64,000 nucleotides of DNA from Patescibacteria group bacterium (GCA_041665365.1 JBAYIY010000001.1:104720-168719); one strand, 5' to 3'; numbered from the stretch's first letter, positions 48,838 to 58,097 are shown. Program-made: numbers and translations. Notes: generated by a model from the letters alone, not told the origin.

Positions 48838-50331
48838 CTATGAAGCAACTGAAGCTGATGGCTTGTTATCGTCTCTGGCATCAATAAGAATAATATTTTC
48901 TTGCCCACTCATTTCTAGTGCCTTAAGGATATGATCAACGCCGATTTTTTCCTGCTCAGAAAAATAGAAAATAACATAGATACCCTTATCGGTAGCATTC
49001 GCTTCTTTATAGATTTGCAATTGCTTTTGTAAATTTGTTCTCAGATGGGTGTTACTGGCTAATTTAAATTCGACCATTGTTTTATCGGCCGCGCCCATAG
49101 ACACCTTAAAATCAGCTGGGCCTCTACCATTATTGACCTCTGCATTAAAATCATACTCTGAACCATACCAAACCAGTTTAAAAACTATTTGAAAATCTGA
49201 CTCTCGTTTCACAGGATGACCATCAATATAAAATAGCTTATAGCCATCTTGTTTTTCAATAACATCCTTTAGATATTTAATTCTACGCATGCTTTCTGCG
49301 TACGAATTAATTGGCGTTCTTAAAAAATTGGTATTTTTACCAAGTAGCTTTAGAAGTTCCTTAGTATTCTCAATAAACAGTTGTTCAGAAAACTGAACCT
49401 TCAAATCACTTATTGCTTCAGCCTGGTCACCTGTTTTTTCTTTATAGCGAATGTAGTGGTCAATTACCTCAGGGAATTCTTTAATAGCTCTTTGTCCGGC
49501 TTCTTTCTTTTGTTTATCTTTAGAATCATCAGGAAGTACTTTTTGAAAATATCGATCTAAGTTACTTCTTAAGTTATCATCATCAATCGCATTTCCAATA
49601 CTTACAACTTCTTTTACTAAATCTGGATAATTAATCCAACTTTCATCTTTAGTCAATAAATCTTTCGGTGTCAAGATAATGTAGTCACCATTATATGTAG
49701 GAAGAATATATTGCTTTTGTACCCATGTTTCTGTTTTATAATTAAACCAGACTCTGCTTACCGCAAATTCTCTACATAACGCAGGATCAATATACTCCCT
49801 TGCAAACTGTGCCGTATACTCTAGTAAGAAACCTTTTATTAGATTAACAGTAAAATCACTTATACTATCTCTGCCAACACCCGGTTGAATAAGACCTAAT
49901 TTTTCAAGATGGCTACTAGCCGTAATTTGTTCTTCGCCAAAATTTCTTAAAATCGAAGACAACCCGGAATGCAGCGCCTTGGCAAATTTTGGTCCCAGGC
50001 CACGCCCCTTATTTCCGCCGACTGTGAAACCAAACCAATTCTGTTCAACTTCCTTAAAATGAAATAACTCTTTTCTTAAACCAGATGAGATAGTTTCATG
50101 CCTTATAGAAATTTCTCTCAAGAAACGAAGATACTTGAGAATTTCCAAATGTAAATTCTGATATACTTCCTTTTCACTGTGAAAAATTAAAAATGGATCA
50201 ATAAACAATGGTAGGTCAGTCACTAAACTTATATTAAACGCCCCGTATTCCTCTAAATGTTGTGGAGGCACCTTAAAATAGTCACTAAATAGTAGACTGG
50301 GCTCAGATGTAGGGAGTGTTTGAGCAATCAT
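48838..50331 (-). CDS. Hypothetical 497-aa protein with possible C-terminal PD-(D/E)xK-like motif
   Basis: C-terminus GPADFKVSMGAADKTMVEFKLASN...GIYVIFYF. No confident family assignment. Confidence 0.4.
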   Translation of the reverse strand: MIAQTLPTSEPSLLFSDYFKVPPQHLEEYGAFNISLVTDLPLFIDPFLIFHSEKEVYQNLHLEILKYLRFLREISIRHETISSGLRKELFHFKEVEQNWFGFTVGGNKGRGLGPKFAKALHSGLSSILRNFGEEQITASSHLEKLGLIQPGVGRDSISDFTVNLIKGFLLEYTAQFAREYIDPALCREFAVSRVWFNYKTETWVQKQYILPTYNGDYIILTPKDLLTKDESWINYPDLVKEVVSIGNAIDDDNLRSNLDRYFQKVLPDDSKDKQKKEAGQRAIKEFPEVIDHYIRYKEKTGDQAEAISDLKVQFSEQLFIENTKELLKLLGKNTNFLRTPINSYAESMRRIKYLKDVIEKQDGYKLFYIDGHPVKRESDFQIVFKLVWYGSEYDFNAEVNNGRGPADFKVSMGAADKTMVEFKLASNTHLRTNLQKQLQIYKEANATDKGIYVIFYFSEQEKIGVDHILKALEMSGQENIILIDARDDNKPSASVAS

Positions 50332-50684
50332 ATTTAAACAAGTTCACCCTTAAACGCTTTTTGCATCAATGCTTGAAATTGGGTTTCTATTTTTACAGAT
50401 TGAACATGCATGGTTTGTTTTAGGGATTCTGTTTTTTATAAAATTTGAGCAAATTTCGTTTAAAACTTAATAAGTCTATTTGTTGAATTCTGAATAATTC
50501 CAAGTTTCATAATGATTATATTACTCCCTAATCGGTAACATTACTAATGTAAAAAGGATGCCCCGGACACAATCGTGAGATCATGCCGGGGCGAAGTACA
50601 GGAACGGATCACGTTGCCGTGACGGTGTTCACTGTTGGTCTGCGTTGCAAAGAACGAGCTGCTGCACCGTAGCCTTCCTAGGGT

Positions 50685-53516
50685 CTACAACCCATAGCCA
50701 TAGCTGAAGGTCCAAACACCAGTCTGGCTCCCGTTGGGGGTGATGGTGTCGGTGCAGTGGAGCAGAGCACCTCGCACGACGCAGATGCCGTCAGTGCCAT
50801 CACCGTCGAAGTCCGCGAAGTACCACTGGCTATCCAAGGTGGTATCACCGAAGGTGAACCAGTAGTCGTAGACCCCAGAGGTATTGTCGTCGACGTAGAA
50901 CCGGTTACCTTCACGGAAGATCAGGTCAGCCAGGCCGTCACCGTTGAGATCGGCCAGGTAGTAGTCGTCGGCTCCGTTGCCCGTACCGTAGTACAGGTAG
51001 GTGTCCATGATACCGTCGAGATTGCGGTCGATCTGGAGCTGGCTGCCAAAGCGAGCTGCGATGGTAGTGTGCCAGTACAAGAACTGGTCAGCGGACACGT
51101 CCGCATAGACCAACACGTAGTCGGCGATGCCGTCGGCACCCATGTAGTCGTAGTAGCTGGTGCGGCCGGAACGCCAGATGATGTATTCTCCCGTTCCGAT
51201 CACTTCGCCCGGAACCGTCCACGTGCCGTAGAGGCCGTCGTAGAGGCAGAGCAAGGTGGTTGCACGCCGGACGCAGGGATCATCGTCACCGTTGCCGTCG
51301 AAGTCGAAGAAGATGTATTGATCCTCGAAGAGGAAATCTTCATCGATCTCGCCGTCACAGTCGTTGTCGAGGTCGTCGAGGAGTTCGGGAGCACCCGGAT
51401 AGGTGTGGTCAGCCGTGTCGTCGCAGTCGCCGTTGGTGCTGGACCAACCATCGTAGTCGTTGTCACCGACTTCGTCGGTCACCCCGTCACAATCGTTGTC
51501 GAGACCGTCGGGAATCTCTACGGCATAGGGGTTGATGTTGTTGCTCTGTTCGGAGCAGTCACCCTGGTCGTAGGACCAACCGTCACCGTCGAGGTCGAAG
51601 GCTTCGTCGATCAGGGCATCACAGTCGTTGTCGAAGGTGTCCCACAGTTCCGGGGCACCCGGGTAGGTGTGGTCGGCCGTGTCGTCGCAGTCGCCGTCGT
51701 CGGGGGTGTAGGAGTCGTAGTCCTGATCCAGATCGTTGTCAGCCACTTCGATGTAGACGAATGGAGCAGTGCAGTCAGACTGCAGACCACCAAAGTTGCC
51801 GAACAGCAACGTGCCATCCGTCGGCAGGTTGCTGACGATGTCCTGCTGATCTCCCTGTTCTTCGAAGGTCGTGGCACTGGTGTGCTGACCCAAGTAGAGC
51901 GTGCCGGAACTGTTCAGACGGAGCAGATCAGGGTAGTCGTCGTTGTAGTCGAGCGGGTAGACGAAGTAGTCTCCGTCGGTGCCACCGACATCGTTGGCCA
52001 TCGTACTGACACTCAGCCACTGCAGCGTGCTGCTGTACTGGGCCAGGTAGGCTTCCACGGTGCTGTTCGTTTCGTCGATCCGCAGGAAGTCGTCCCGGCC
52101 ATCGGCATCGGCATTGAGGTTCGACACGAGGTAGGTGTTGCTGGGTGAACCCCAACCGGTCGCGATGGTCGCACTGTTTCCAGTTGTATCCAAGCGCTGC
52201 CAGCCCAGTTCGACTCCACCGCTGTTGGTGGTGCCGACCAGGATTTCACCCTTACCGTTACCGTTGAAGTCTCCGACCAAGAAGTGACTGTCGGTGGAAC
52301 CGAAGGACTCACTCCAGGTGGTCAGGTCAGCGAAGTCGCTGCCGATGTTGGTGCCGATCCGCCACTTGATGCTGCTCCCATTGGGATAGCCGAGTACCAG
52401 GTCCAGATCGTCGTCGTTGTCCATGTCGGTCAGGAAGGCGTGGCTGTAGCCGTTGTTGGCCTTCAGCCAGCGATCGCGACCGACGAAGGTGCCATCACCG
52501 TTGCTGACGTACACCTGAACGTAGGTGTAGTTGCCGTTGTCCGTGACGTTGACGATATCGTCGTTACCGTCATTGTCCAGGTCGCCTACCAGCCAGGTGT
52601 TGACGTTGTTGGTGTTGCCCAGGCCAGTCATGGTGTAGCTACTGTCGGGCAGCTTGAGGCTGACGCTGTTCCCAGAACCGGTGTGGTAGTAGGGTTTGAT
52701 GGTGAAGGTGTGGGTACTGGCGTCTGCGGTGACGGTGAGCAGGTGAATGGTGTAAACGTCGGAGGTGCAGGTGGAGACTTCGGCATTGTAGGTCGGAGGA
52801 CAGCTGGCCCAGAGGTAGTCTGAGTCAGTTGCTGCATCGCAGTCGAAGTCCGAATGCTGGCTGGAAGTGCCTTCGTTGGGACAGCCATTCGGGATATCAC
52901 AGCAGGTAGCGTTGTCGTCATTGAGGTTGTAGGGATCGAGCCAGTAGTCATGACTGAGGTACTGAAGTGATCCGTAGTCCTGAACGCCGAAATGGAGATG
53001 CGCGCCGTCAGAGTAGCCCGAGTTACCCATTTGACCGATGAGGGTGTTGGAACTGACGGAGTTGCCGACCGCCACGGTGATAGAACCAGACACGAGATGA
53101 GTGTACTTGGTGGTGTAGTCGTAGATGCTGTCACCATCCACATCATGCTTGATATCCACGAAGCAGCCCCAAGTAGGATTTCCATTGGGGTACGTATTAG
53201 GACAGTCACTGTTCTGGATATTAGACACGACACCAGAAGCGGCGGCGTAGACGTTGTCGCCTTCGTCGCCGTCGAAGTCATATCCACCGTGGCTCGCGGG
53301 CAACGGATAATAATCGACTTCATACTGCGCGGCAGAACAACTCACACTGTAGTTCCAGGCACCGCCATTGATCTCGACGCTGTTGTTGTGGATCGGCAGA
53401 ACGAAGGGACCATAGGCCAGAGCCTTGGTGGTGGGCAAGAAGAAGCCCAGGATCATGAGAAGCAGAACGAACAGAGGCTTGCGCATTGGAGTTTCCTTTT
53501 GACTTTGAATTGTCAA
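50685..53516 (-). CDS. GC-rich secreted multidomain protein: M23 peptidase + FG-GAP/VCBS-like repeats + MopE-like Cys-rich repeats
   Basis: 943 aa, signal peptide. M23 motif HLVSG...GQMGNSGYSDGAHLHFGVQDYG. FG-GAP-like repeats LVGDLDNDGNDDIV, FLTDMDNDDDLDLVLG, LVGDFNGNGKGEILVG. Repeats YPGAPELWDTFDNDCDALIDE and YPGAPELLDDLDNDCDGEIDE. GC is about 58%. All overlapping ORF-track ORFs in this span are antisense artefacts. Confidence 0.65.
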   Translation of the reverse strand: MTIQSQKETPMRKPLFVLLLMILGFFLPTTKALAYGPFVLPIHNNSVEINGGAWNYSVSCSAAQYEVDYYPLPASHGGYDFDGDEGDNVYAAASGVVSNIQNSDCPNTYPNGNPTWGCFVDIKHDVDGDSIYDYTTKYTHLVSGSITVAVGNSVSSNTLIGQMGNSGYSDGAHLHFGVQDYGSLQYLSHDYWLDPYNLNDDNATCCDIPNGCPNEGTSSQHSDFDCDAATDSDYLWASCPPTYNAEVSTCTSDVYTIHLLTVTADASTHTFTIKPYYHTGSGNSVSLKLPDSSYTMTGLGNTNNVNTWLVGDLDNDGNDDIVNVTDNGNYTYVQVYVSNGDGTFVGRDRWLKANNGYSHAFLTDMDNDDDLDLVLGYPNGSSIKWRIGTNIGSDFADLTTWSESFGSTDSHFLVGDFNGNGKGEILVGTTNSGGVELGWQRLDTTGNSATIATGWGSPSNTYLVSNLNADADGRDDFLRIDETNSTVEAYLAQYSSTLQWLSVSTMANDVGGTDGDYFVYPLDYNDDYPDLLRLNSSGTLYLGQHTSATTFEEQGDQQDIVSNLPTDGTLLFGNFGGLQSDCTAPFVYIEVADNDLDQDYDSYTPDDGDCDDTADHTYPGAPELWDTFDNDCDALIDEAFDLDGDGWSYDQGDCSEQSNNINPYAVEIPDGLDNDCDGVTDEVGDNDYDGWSSTNGDCDDTADHTYPGAPELLDDLDNDCDGEIDEDFLFEDQYIFFDFDGNGDDDPCVRRATTLLCLYDGLYGTWTVPGEVIGTGEYIIWRSGRTSYYDYMGADGIADYVLVYADVSADQFLYWHTTIAARFGSQLQIDRNLDGIMDTYLYYGTGNGADDYYLADLNGDGLADLIFREGNRFYVDDNTSGVYDYWFTFGDTTLDSQWYFADFDGDGTDGICVVRGALLHCTDTITPNGSQTGVWTFSYGYGL

Positions 53517-53620
53517 CGTACTATCTTGCTGTAGCCTTGTATGGCGAGCAAGTCAGGGTGAGGATTCACCGCTGAAGCCATCTCATCAATCCGGTGCTGA
53601 TGAGATGAATCAGGAGTGAA

Positions 53621-54388
53621 TTAGAATTGTAAAGAGTTCAATAGTGTGTCAGGATCTATACCGGTAGCGGCTTCATCTGTTAACCTAATTTCTAATGTTT
53701 TTTCGTCTGAGTCTAAGTAATAATACTCAGCTACATCTTGAAGTTTATGGTCTTCATCGACTGGATAATTACCAGTTAGTCCTTGCACTCTAAAATTTTC
53801 TCCATAATATTGCTGGACTGAGTAGGTAGTTTCATTGACTACATTGTCATAACTACCGTCTGGCCTGGGTCCGAGTACAGATTGAACAGAATTGATTTCA
53901 CTCGTTGTTGGGTGAGCAACAATACTATCGAAAAGAGTAATTCTTACTGGATCTATCTGTAAATCAGTTCTATCAATCATAAATACAGCGCCGGCATCGT
54001 CAATAAAGTCGGCTCGGGTTGATTTACTAACACTTACTGAATAAATTTTTGGATACTTAAAACTAAACCCATACTCCTCATTCGTATAAGTTAGCCAATC
54101 GCTGGTATCGAGAACCCCTTCATCAACTGTGACTTGCTCCCAATCACTAGTATCTACTTCACTTACTATTTCTGTATTTGTATTCTCATTGGTTAAATTG
54201 GTATTTTCATTAACTACAGTGACATTTATATTTTCGTTGGTATTCACTTCGGCATTTGTATTCACTGGGTTTACATTAACAATCTCATTAGTGACGGCCA
54301 CCGTATTTACATTCGTCGATGGACCCGCACACCCAGTCAGTGTCAGAGCAAAAACTGCTGCTGTAGTTAAAAATAGTTTTTCTTTCAT
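53621..54388 (-). CDS. Lipoprotein with N/T/V-rich low-complexity linker, hypothetical
   Basis: 255 aa. Lipobox LTLTGCAG and an NVNTVAVTNEIVNVNPVNTNAEVNTNEN linker. Confidence 0.45.
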   Translation of the reverse strand: MKEKLFLTTAAVFALTLTGCAGPSTNVNTVAVTNEIVNVNPVNTNAEVNTNENINVTVVNENTNLTNENTNTEIVSEVDTSDWEQVTVDEGVLDTSDWLTYTNEEYGFSFKYPKIYSVSVSKSTRADFIDDAGAVFMIDRTDLQIDPVRITLFDSIVAHPTTSEINSVQSVLGPRPDGSYDNVVNETTYSVQQYYGENFRVQGLTGNYPVDEDHKLQDVAEYYYLDSDEKTLEIRLTDEAATGIDPDTLLNSLQF

Positions 54389-54433
54389 AGGTATTTATTA
54401 ATAAGGTGTGTTAGAGAACAAATATTTACATAT

Positions 54434-55204
54434 CTAATAAATTCTTTCCGGATACCTGACCATTTCACCTATAGTCTTTTCCGGCACCTTAACAACATGA
54501 TTCTGTATATAGGTAAGTAACTGGCTATTGGACATGACAGTCAAATCATCAATCTCATCGATATCTGGAATAAAATATAATTTACCATCACTCTCGGCTG
54601 CCATGATGACACGTCCAACTAAACGTTGCTGTAAATTATCATATAGTTCCTCACGACCCATAAGAACATCACTACAAGCTGCTCCCTCGCCATAGTCTAG
54701 ACAAGCTAGTGCTTGAATATCTAAATCTGATGCAGGCGTAACACGAGAATCACCTTTAATCGCAGTTTCTAAAAACGCCGAATAAATGTTTTTTAATTTC
54801 AATTTGTGTTTATAACCATCAGCTACCCAGTAATATCTATTTTTTTTAACCTGATAAAAACCATCAGGTAAATATCTGTAACGTATTGGTAAAATATCAG
54901 AGGTATCTACCAAGTACATTTCCCCAGCATGCTGGGCACGTAAAATAACTCTGCCTTCTAAATCCTCCCATATAGGGTCACACAATCGTCCTAATGCAGT
55001 TGTGATTGCATCACTAGATGCGCTGTCGGCTACATTGTAACAACGACTATCTAACAACTCTTTATAAGAAGATTCACTAATACCAATGATGTCAGGGGTA
55101 AGATTAACCACTGCCATAGCGTTAGTTAAGGATGGTAGTACTAACGCAAGTACCAATAAACTAGCAGTTAGGGTGGAAATGAGGATGGTTTTGGGTTGGG
55201 TCAT
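54434..55204 (-). CDS. Secreted hypothetical protein
   Basis: 256 aa with an N-terminal signal/TM. Confidence 0.4.
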   Translation of the reverse strand: MTQPKTILISTLTASLLVLALVLPSLTNAMAVVNLTPDIIGISESSYKELLDSRCYNVADSASSDAITTALGRLCDPIWEDLEGRVILRAQHAGEMYLVDTSDILPIRYRYLPDGFYQVKKNRYYWVADGYKHKLKLKNIYSAFLETAIKGDSRVTPASDLDIQALACLDYGEGAACSDVLMGREELYDNLQQRLVGRVIMAAESDGKLYFIPDIDEIDDLTVMSNSQLLTYIQNHVVKVPEKTIGEMVRYPERIY

Positions 55205-55348
55205 AGGGTCGTATAGATGAAAAAACGTCCAGTAACAGCTACAGATGGTTAGATCTGCATATTGTTAAGGTGGACGCCTTTAAGATTGTTAATAAAATGT
55301 ACCTCAAGTATAGCACGCGCCCATACGGTGTACAGGGTATTAATAAGC

Positions 55349-56122
55349 TCATTCGCTTCGACCTACTACCACATTATTATGCTGCGTAACAAGCTCTGGT
55401 TTAATCTTTTGACGCTTAAAAATCGTATTGGGAACACCAGGTTGTTCAAACGCTATTTTTTCAACAATAATCTGGTAAATGGATGCAAAAATATCCTCGT
55501 CAGAAAATGTTAGTCCAGCTTTCTTTTTGAGGGCACGGCGTAAGAGATTACCAACCTCTGTGGAATAAAGGTACTTGCACAGATTATTTGGCTCGAGTGC
55601 CTGAAACCGAAGCCAGAAATCATCCAGCTCATTTTTCAACATGCTGCGTTTGGTCATCATCGCAAAATACTCAATGGATTGTTTGAGTTGGGCTTTATCC
55701 TTGAGGTCAAATGAACAGATGCGTTTATGCGTAATCGGTTTTTTAAAGACTACTCGATACAGTGAAAAGACTCTGCCGTTAGTGAGTAACACCCAGTCTA
55801 CACCTTCATTAGCGGCATAATTAATGGATTGGTAAATATGCTTATCCGACAAATCAATCTGGATAGCTTTCACTTCAACGATGATATACTTTTTGCGTTG
55901 GACTTGGATAATGTAATCAGCGTAGGTATTATTGATCTGGTACTCTGTTTTAATCTCATCCAGTTCAGCATAACCCAGTACCTCTGTTAGAAAACTATTA
56001 ATCATCAGGCGAGTAGCTGACTCATCTAACGTCTCGTATTTCTTCGACAGGTAACGCTTAGCATACTCTTTGAGTCGTTTAGCTATTTGGTCTTTTTGAG
56101 TTTGTGTAGGCATAGTGATCAA
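55349..56122 (-). CDS. Restriction-endonuclease-like (PD-(D/E)xK, HsdR-N/Mrr-type) protein
   Basis: 257 aa. ADYIIQVQRKKYIIVEVKAIQIDL (D...EVK core) plus VDWVLLTNGRVFSLY. Confidence 0.45.
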   Translation of the reverse strand: MITMPTQTQKDQIAKRLKEYAKRYLSKKYETLDESATRLMINSFLTEVLGYAELDEIKTEYQINNTYADYIIQVQRKKYIIVEVKAIQIDLSDKHIYQSINYAANEGVDWVLLTNGRVFSLYRVVFKKPITHKRICSFDLKDKAQLKQSIEYFAMMTKRSMLKNELDDFWLRFQALEPNNLCKYLYSTEVGNLLRRALKKKAGLTFSDEDIFASIYQIIVEKIAFEQPGVPNTIFKRQKIKPELVTQHNNVVVGRSE

Positions 56123-56125
56123 AAG

Positions 56126-57058
56126 TTATAAGGAAAGCATTAACTCACCCTCAACTAGTCCAGCACGAATGCTCGGGTGGATAGATTGGTATTCAGTATT
56201 ATCCTGCATAGTTTGGTAGATGGGCTGAAACTCTAAGTTTTCCCAGTTAAACTTTTCAAATGTCTCTTTTCCCATCTGCAAACCAACTGCATCTTTTATA
56301 GATTCAGCTCCAAATTCGTCAACGAATGGCACCTGGTAAGAGATGTCAACATACTCTACCCCATCAACCCTGAAAGCCTCCTGACCAAATTTGATGAAGT
56401 CAGTATATGTATCTTCGACTAAGTCTTGCTCGTCCCAAAAGGTATCTTGTGTACGTGTTAGCCATGCTGTCTTATATTCCTCGTCCCATTGCACATCATA
56501 ACCATTGCGTGTCCTGATGCTATCGTCTAAAGCAATCCAGAGTTTATCTAGTGTCGTTGGTTCCGGCTTAGGTTCTTCTTTGACTTCTTCAACCACAGCG
56601 GGAGCAACTTCTTCTTGAACGGGTTCCTGGACCACATTGGTATTTGATACAACGGGAGCATTAACTACATCTGCCGTATTGGTATCTTCGTTTGGTACCA
56701 CTTCGTTCGTATTCACTACTGCGTTAGTAGCTACGTTGGTATTCTTATTAGTGTTTTGAGCTATTTTAGCTGTATTGTCCGTCGAGCTCGGAAAAGTAAA
56801 TATTGATGCTGCAATGAAAAACGTACCTATAAAGAAAGCCATGAGACGAGGTATTTTTTTATGAATTATACTCTCAAACCATTGACGTGATGGTGGAAGC
56901 AGTAACAACCCGAGCAGTAGCATGGCTAGTCCTGATACAATGCTGCTAAACACGAGCAAGATACTGATGAATATAATGACGATGCCAAATACCCATCCAA
57001 GGATGTGGTTACCTTCTTTGGCGGAAGGTGTTGTGACTTGCGAATTTTCGCTGGCCAT
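56126..57058 (-). CDS. Membrane protein with N/T/V-rich low-complexity region, hypothetical
   Basis: 310 aa with two N-terminal TMs. NTNKNTNVATNAVVNTNEVVPNEDTNTADVVNAPVVSNTNVV. Confidence 0.45.
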   Translation of the reverse strand: MASENSQVTTPSAKEGNHILGWVFGIVIIFISILLVFSSIVSGLAMLLLGLLLLPPSRQWFESIIHKKIPRLMAFFIGTFFIAASIFTFPSSTDNTAKIAQNTNKNTNVATNAVVNTNEVVPNEDTNTADVVNAPVVSNTNVVQEPVQEEVAPAVVEEVKEEPKPEPTTLDKLWIALDDSIRTRNGYDVQWDEEYKTAWLTRTQDTFWDEQDLVEDTYTDFIKFGQEAFRVDGVEYVDISYQVPFVDEFGAESIKDAVGLQMGKETFEKFNWENLEFQPIYQTMQDNTEYQSIHPSIRAGLVEGELMLSL

Positions 57059-57384
57059 ATTGTTGTGTAGTTAGGGATTTGTTAGATTGGTTCAGAAAAC
57101 ACAAAGGGTCCCCTGAACCAGCGACAGCCCTTACGGAACTGCCACCCATCCTTTCGAATGGGTACCCTAACTACAAGATGCTGATCAGGAGACCTTCTCT
57201 ACGTAGTTAGGGATTTATAACCATGCCGCTGGAAATCAACGGTTTAGGCCATTAAATTGTATTTAAAGTATAGCTTGAAAAGCACCAGAAAGAAAGTCTG
57301 GGATTTTGAAGTTACCAACAATCACCCCATTCAAGCCACGTGCAAGCATGTGGGGTTTTAGACCCAAACTGGGACACTGACTCA

Positions 57385-57413
57385 CAAAACAAAAATCCTC
57401 GCGGTGTACGAGG
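57385..57413 (-). terminator. Rho-independent terminator downstream of tRNA-Gln
   Basis: Minus sense reads CCTCGTACACCGCGAGG (hairpin) followed by ATTTTTGTTTTG. Confidence 0.5.
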
Positions 57414-57466
57414 ACTTTTGAGAGGATGAGGTTGATGGGTCACCTCCAGAACTTTCTGAAATCAAG

Positions 57467-57539
57467 CTGGGGCGGTAGGGTTCGAACCTACGAAATGGCG
57501 GCGCCAAAGGCCGCTGCCTTACCACTTGGCTACGCCCCA
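57467..57539 (-). tRNA. tRNA-Gln(UUG): tRNA-Gln (anticodon TTG)
   Basis: Reverse complement TGGGGCGTAGCCAAGTGGTAAGGCAGCGGCCTTTGGCGCCGCCATTTCGTAGGTTCGAACCCTACCGCCCCAG. It has a U1:A72 start, as in E. coli tRNA-Gln. Anticodon stem GCGGC/GCCGC, loop CUUUGGC, and a GTTCGAAC T-loop. CCA is not encoded. Confidence 0.8.
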
Positions 57540-57595
57540 ATGTAAATAAACGCTATTTGTATATACCATATACTTGTTTTGTGTTCAAGTGATTA

Positions 57596-58097
57596 CACCT
57601 ATCCCCCGGCCCCTTTCCTAAACAGGAAAGGGGTGTTAGACTACGGTTAGAAAAGCGCTGCCGAAGTTTGGGGCGCTATTATGTTAATACAGGGTTATCA
57701 TCCACATAAACTTAGCTATGATCGCAAACTACGATCAATCGCTGAACAATTTAGAGATAATGCCACTGAGGCTGAACAACTCTTATGGAAAAGTTTAAAA
57801 GGTAAACGTTTAGGCTATAAGTTTCGCCGACAACATCCTTTACATGGATTTATTGTTGATTTTTATTGTTATGAATTAATGTTGGTAATTGAACTAGACG
57901 GTCCAATTCATCAAGATCAAAAAGAACGCGATTCTTTAAGAGATATAACCTTATCCCATCATGGCTTCAAAACATTGCGCTTCAGTAACGAAATAGTACT
58001 AACTGAATTACATTCAGTTATAAAAAAGATTTTCGATCACACTTCTTCCACCTCCCCCTTTCCTGCATAGGAAAGGGGGCCGGGGGGATAGGTGTTC
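57596..58097. mobile_element. Small cassette: DUF559 endonuclease gene flanked by about 24-bp terminal inverted repeats
   Basis: Left CACCTATCCCCCGGCCCCTTTCCT (57596-57619). Right AGGAAAGGGGGCCGGGGGGATAGGTG (58072-58097). Each end also forms a local hairpin (CCCCTTTCCTAAACAGGAAAGGGG; CCCTTTCCTGCATAGGAAAGGG). Confidence 0.45.
57681..58070 (+). CDS. DUF559 (Vsr-like very-short-patch-repair endonuclease fold) domain protein
   Basis: 129 aa. ATEAEQLLWKSLKGKRLGYKFRRQHPLHGFIVDFYCYELMLVIELDGPIHQ...DSLRD...GFKTLRFSNEIV matches the DUF559 pattern. Confidence 0.7.
   Translation: MLIQGYHPHKLSYDRKLRSIAEQFRDNATEAEQLLWKSLKGKRLGYKFRRQHPLHGFIVDFYCYELMLVIELDGPIHQDQKERDSLRDITLSHHGFKTLRFSNEIVLTELHSVIKKIFDHTSSTSPFPA

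Larger units (their letters stand above)
35053..57486. mobile_element. Putative integrated element / genomic island segment (about 22.4 kb) bounded by 21-bp direct repeats of the tRNA-Gln 3' end
   Basis: Direct repeats at 35053-35073 and 57466-57486, the latter being the tRNA-Gln gene. Contents include a large serine recombinase, TerS/TerL, two MTases, defence-like genes and GC-rich foreign genes. Confidence 0.45.

Noticed and set aside
50757-53534. Many long ORFs in the track inside and overlapping the 943-aa gene (for example 50757..52148 +, 463 aa; 52628..53323 -; 52992..53534 +)
   Set aside because: The region is about 58% GC, so stop codons are rare in all frames. The translations are low-complexity V/G/T/A-rich antisense products. 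Only the minus-strand 50685..53516 frame has coherent domains (signal peptide, M23, FG-GAP, MopE repeats).
53700-56800. N/T/V-rich stretches (NVNTVAVTNEIVNVN...; NTNKNTNVATNAVVNTN...) as nucleotide tandem repeats or an array
   Set aside because: They are low-complexity protein linkers within lipoprotein and membrane genes. The nucleotide sequences are not regular tandem repeats.
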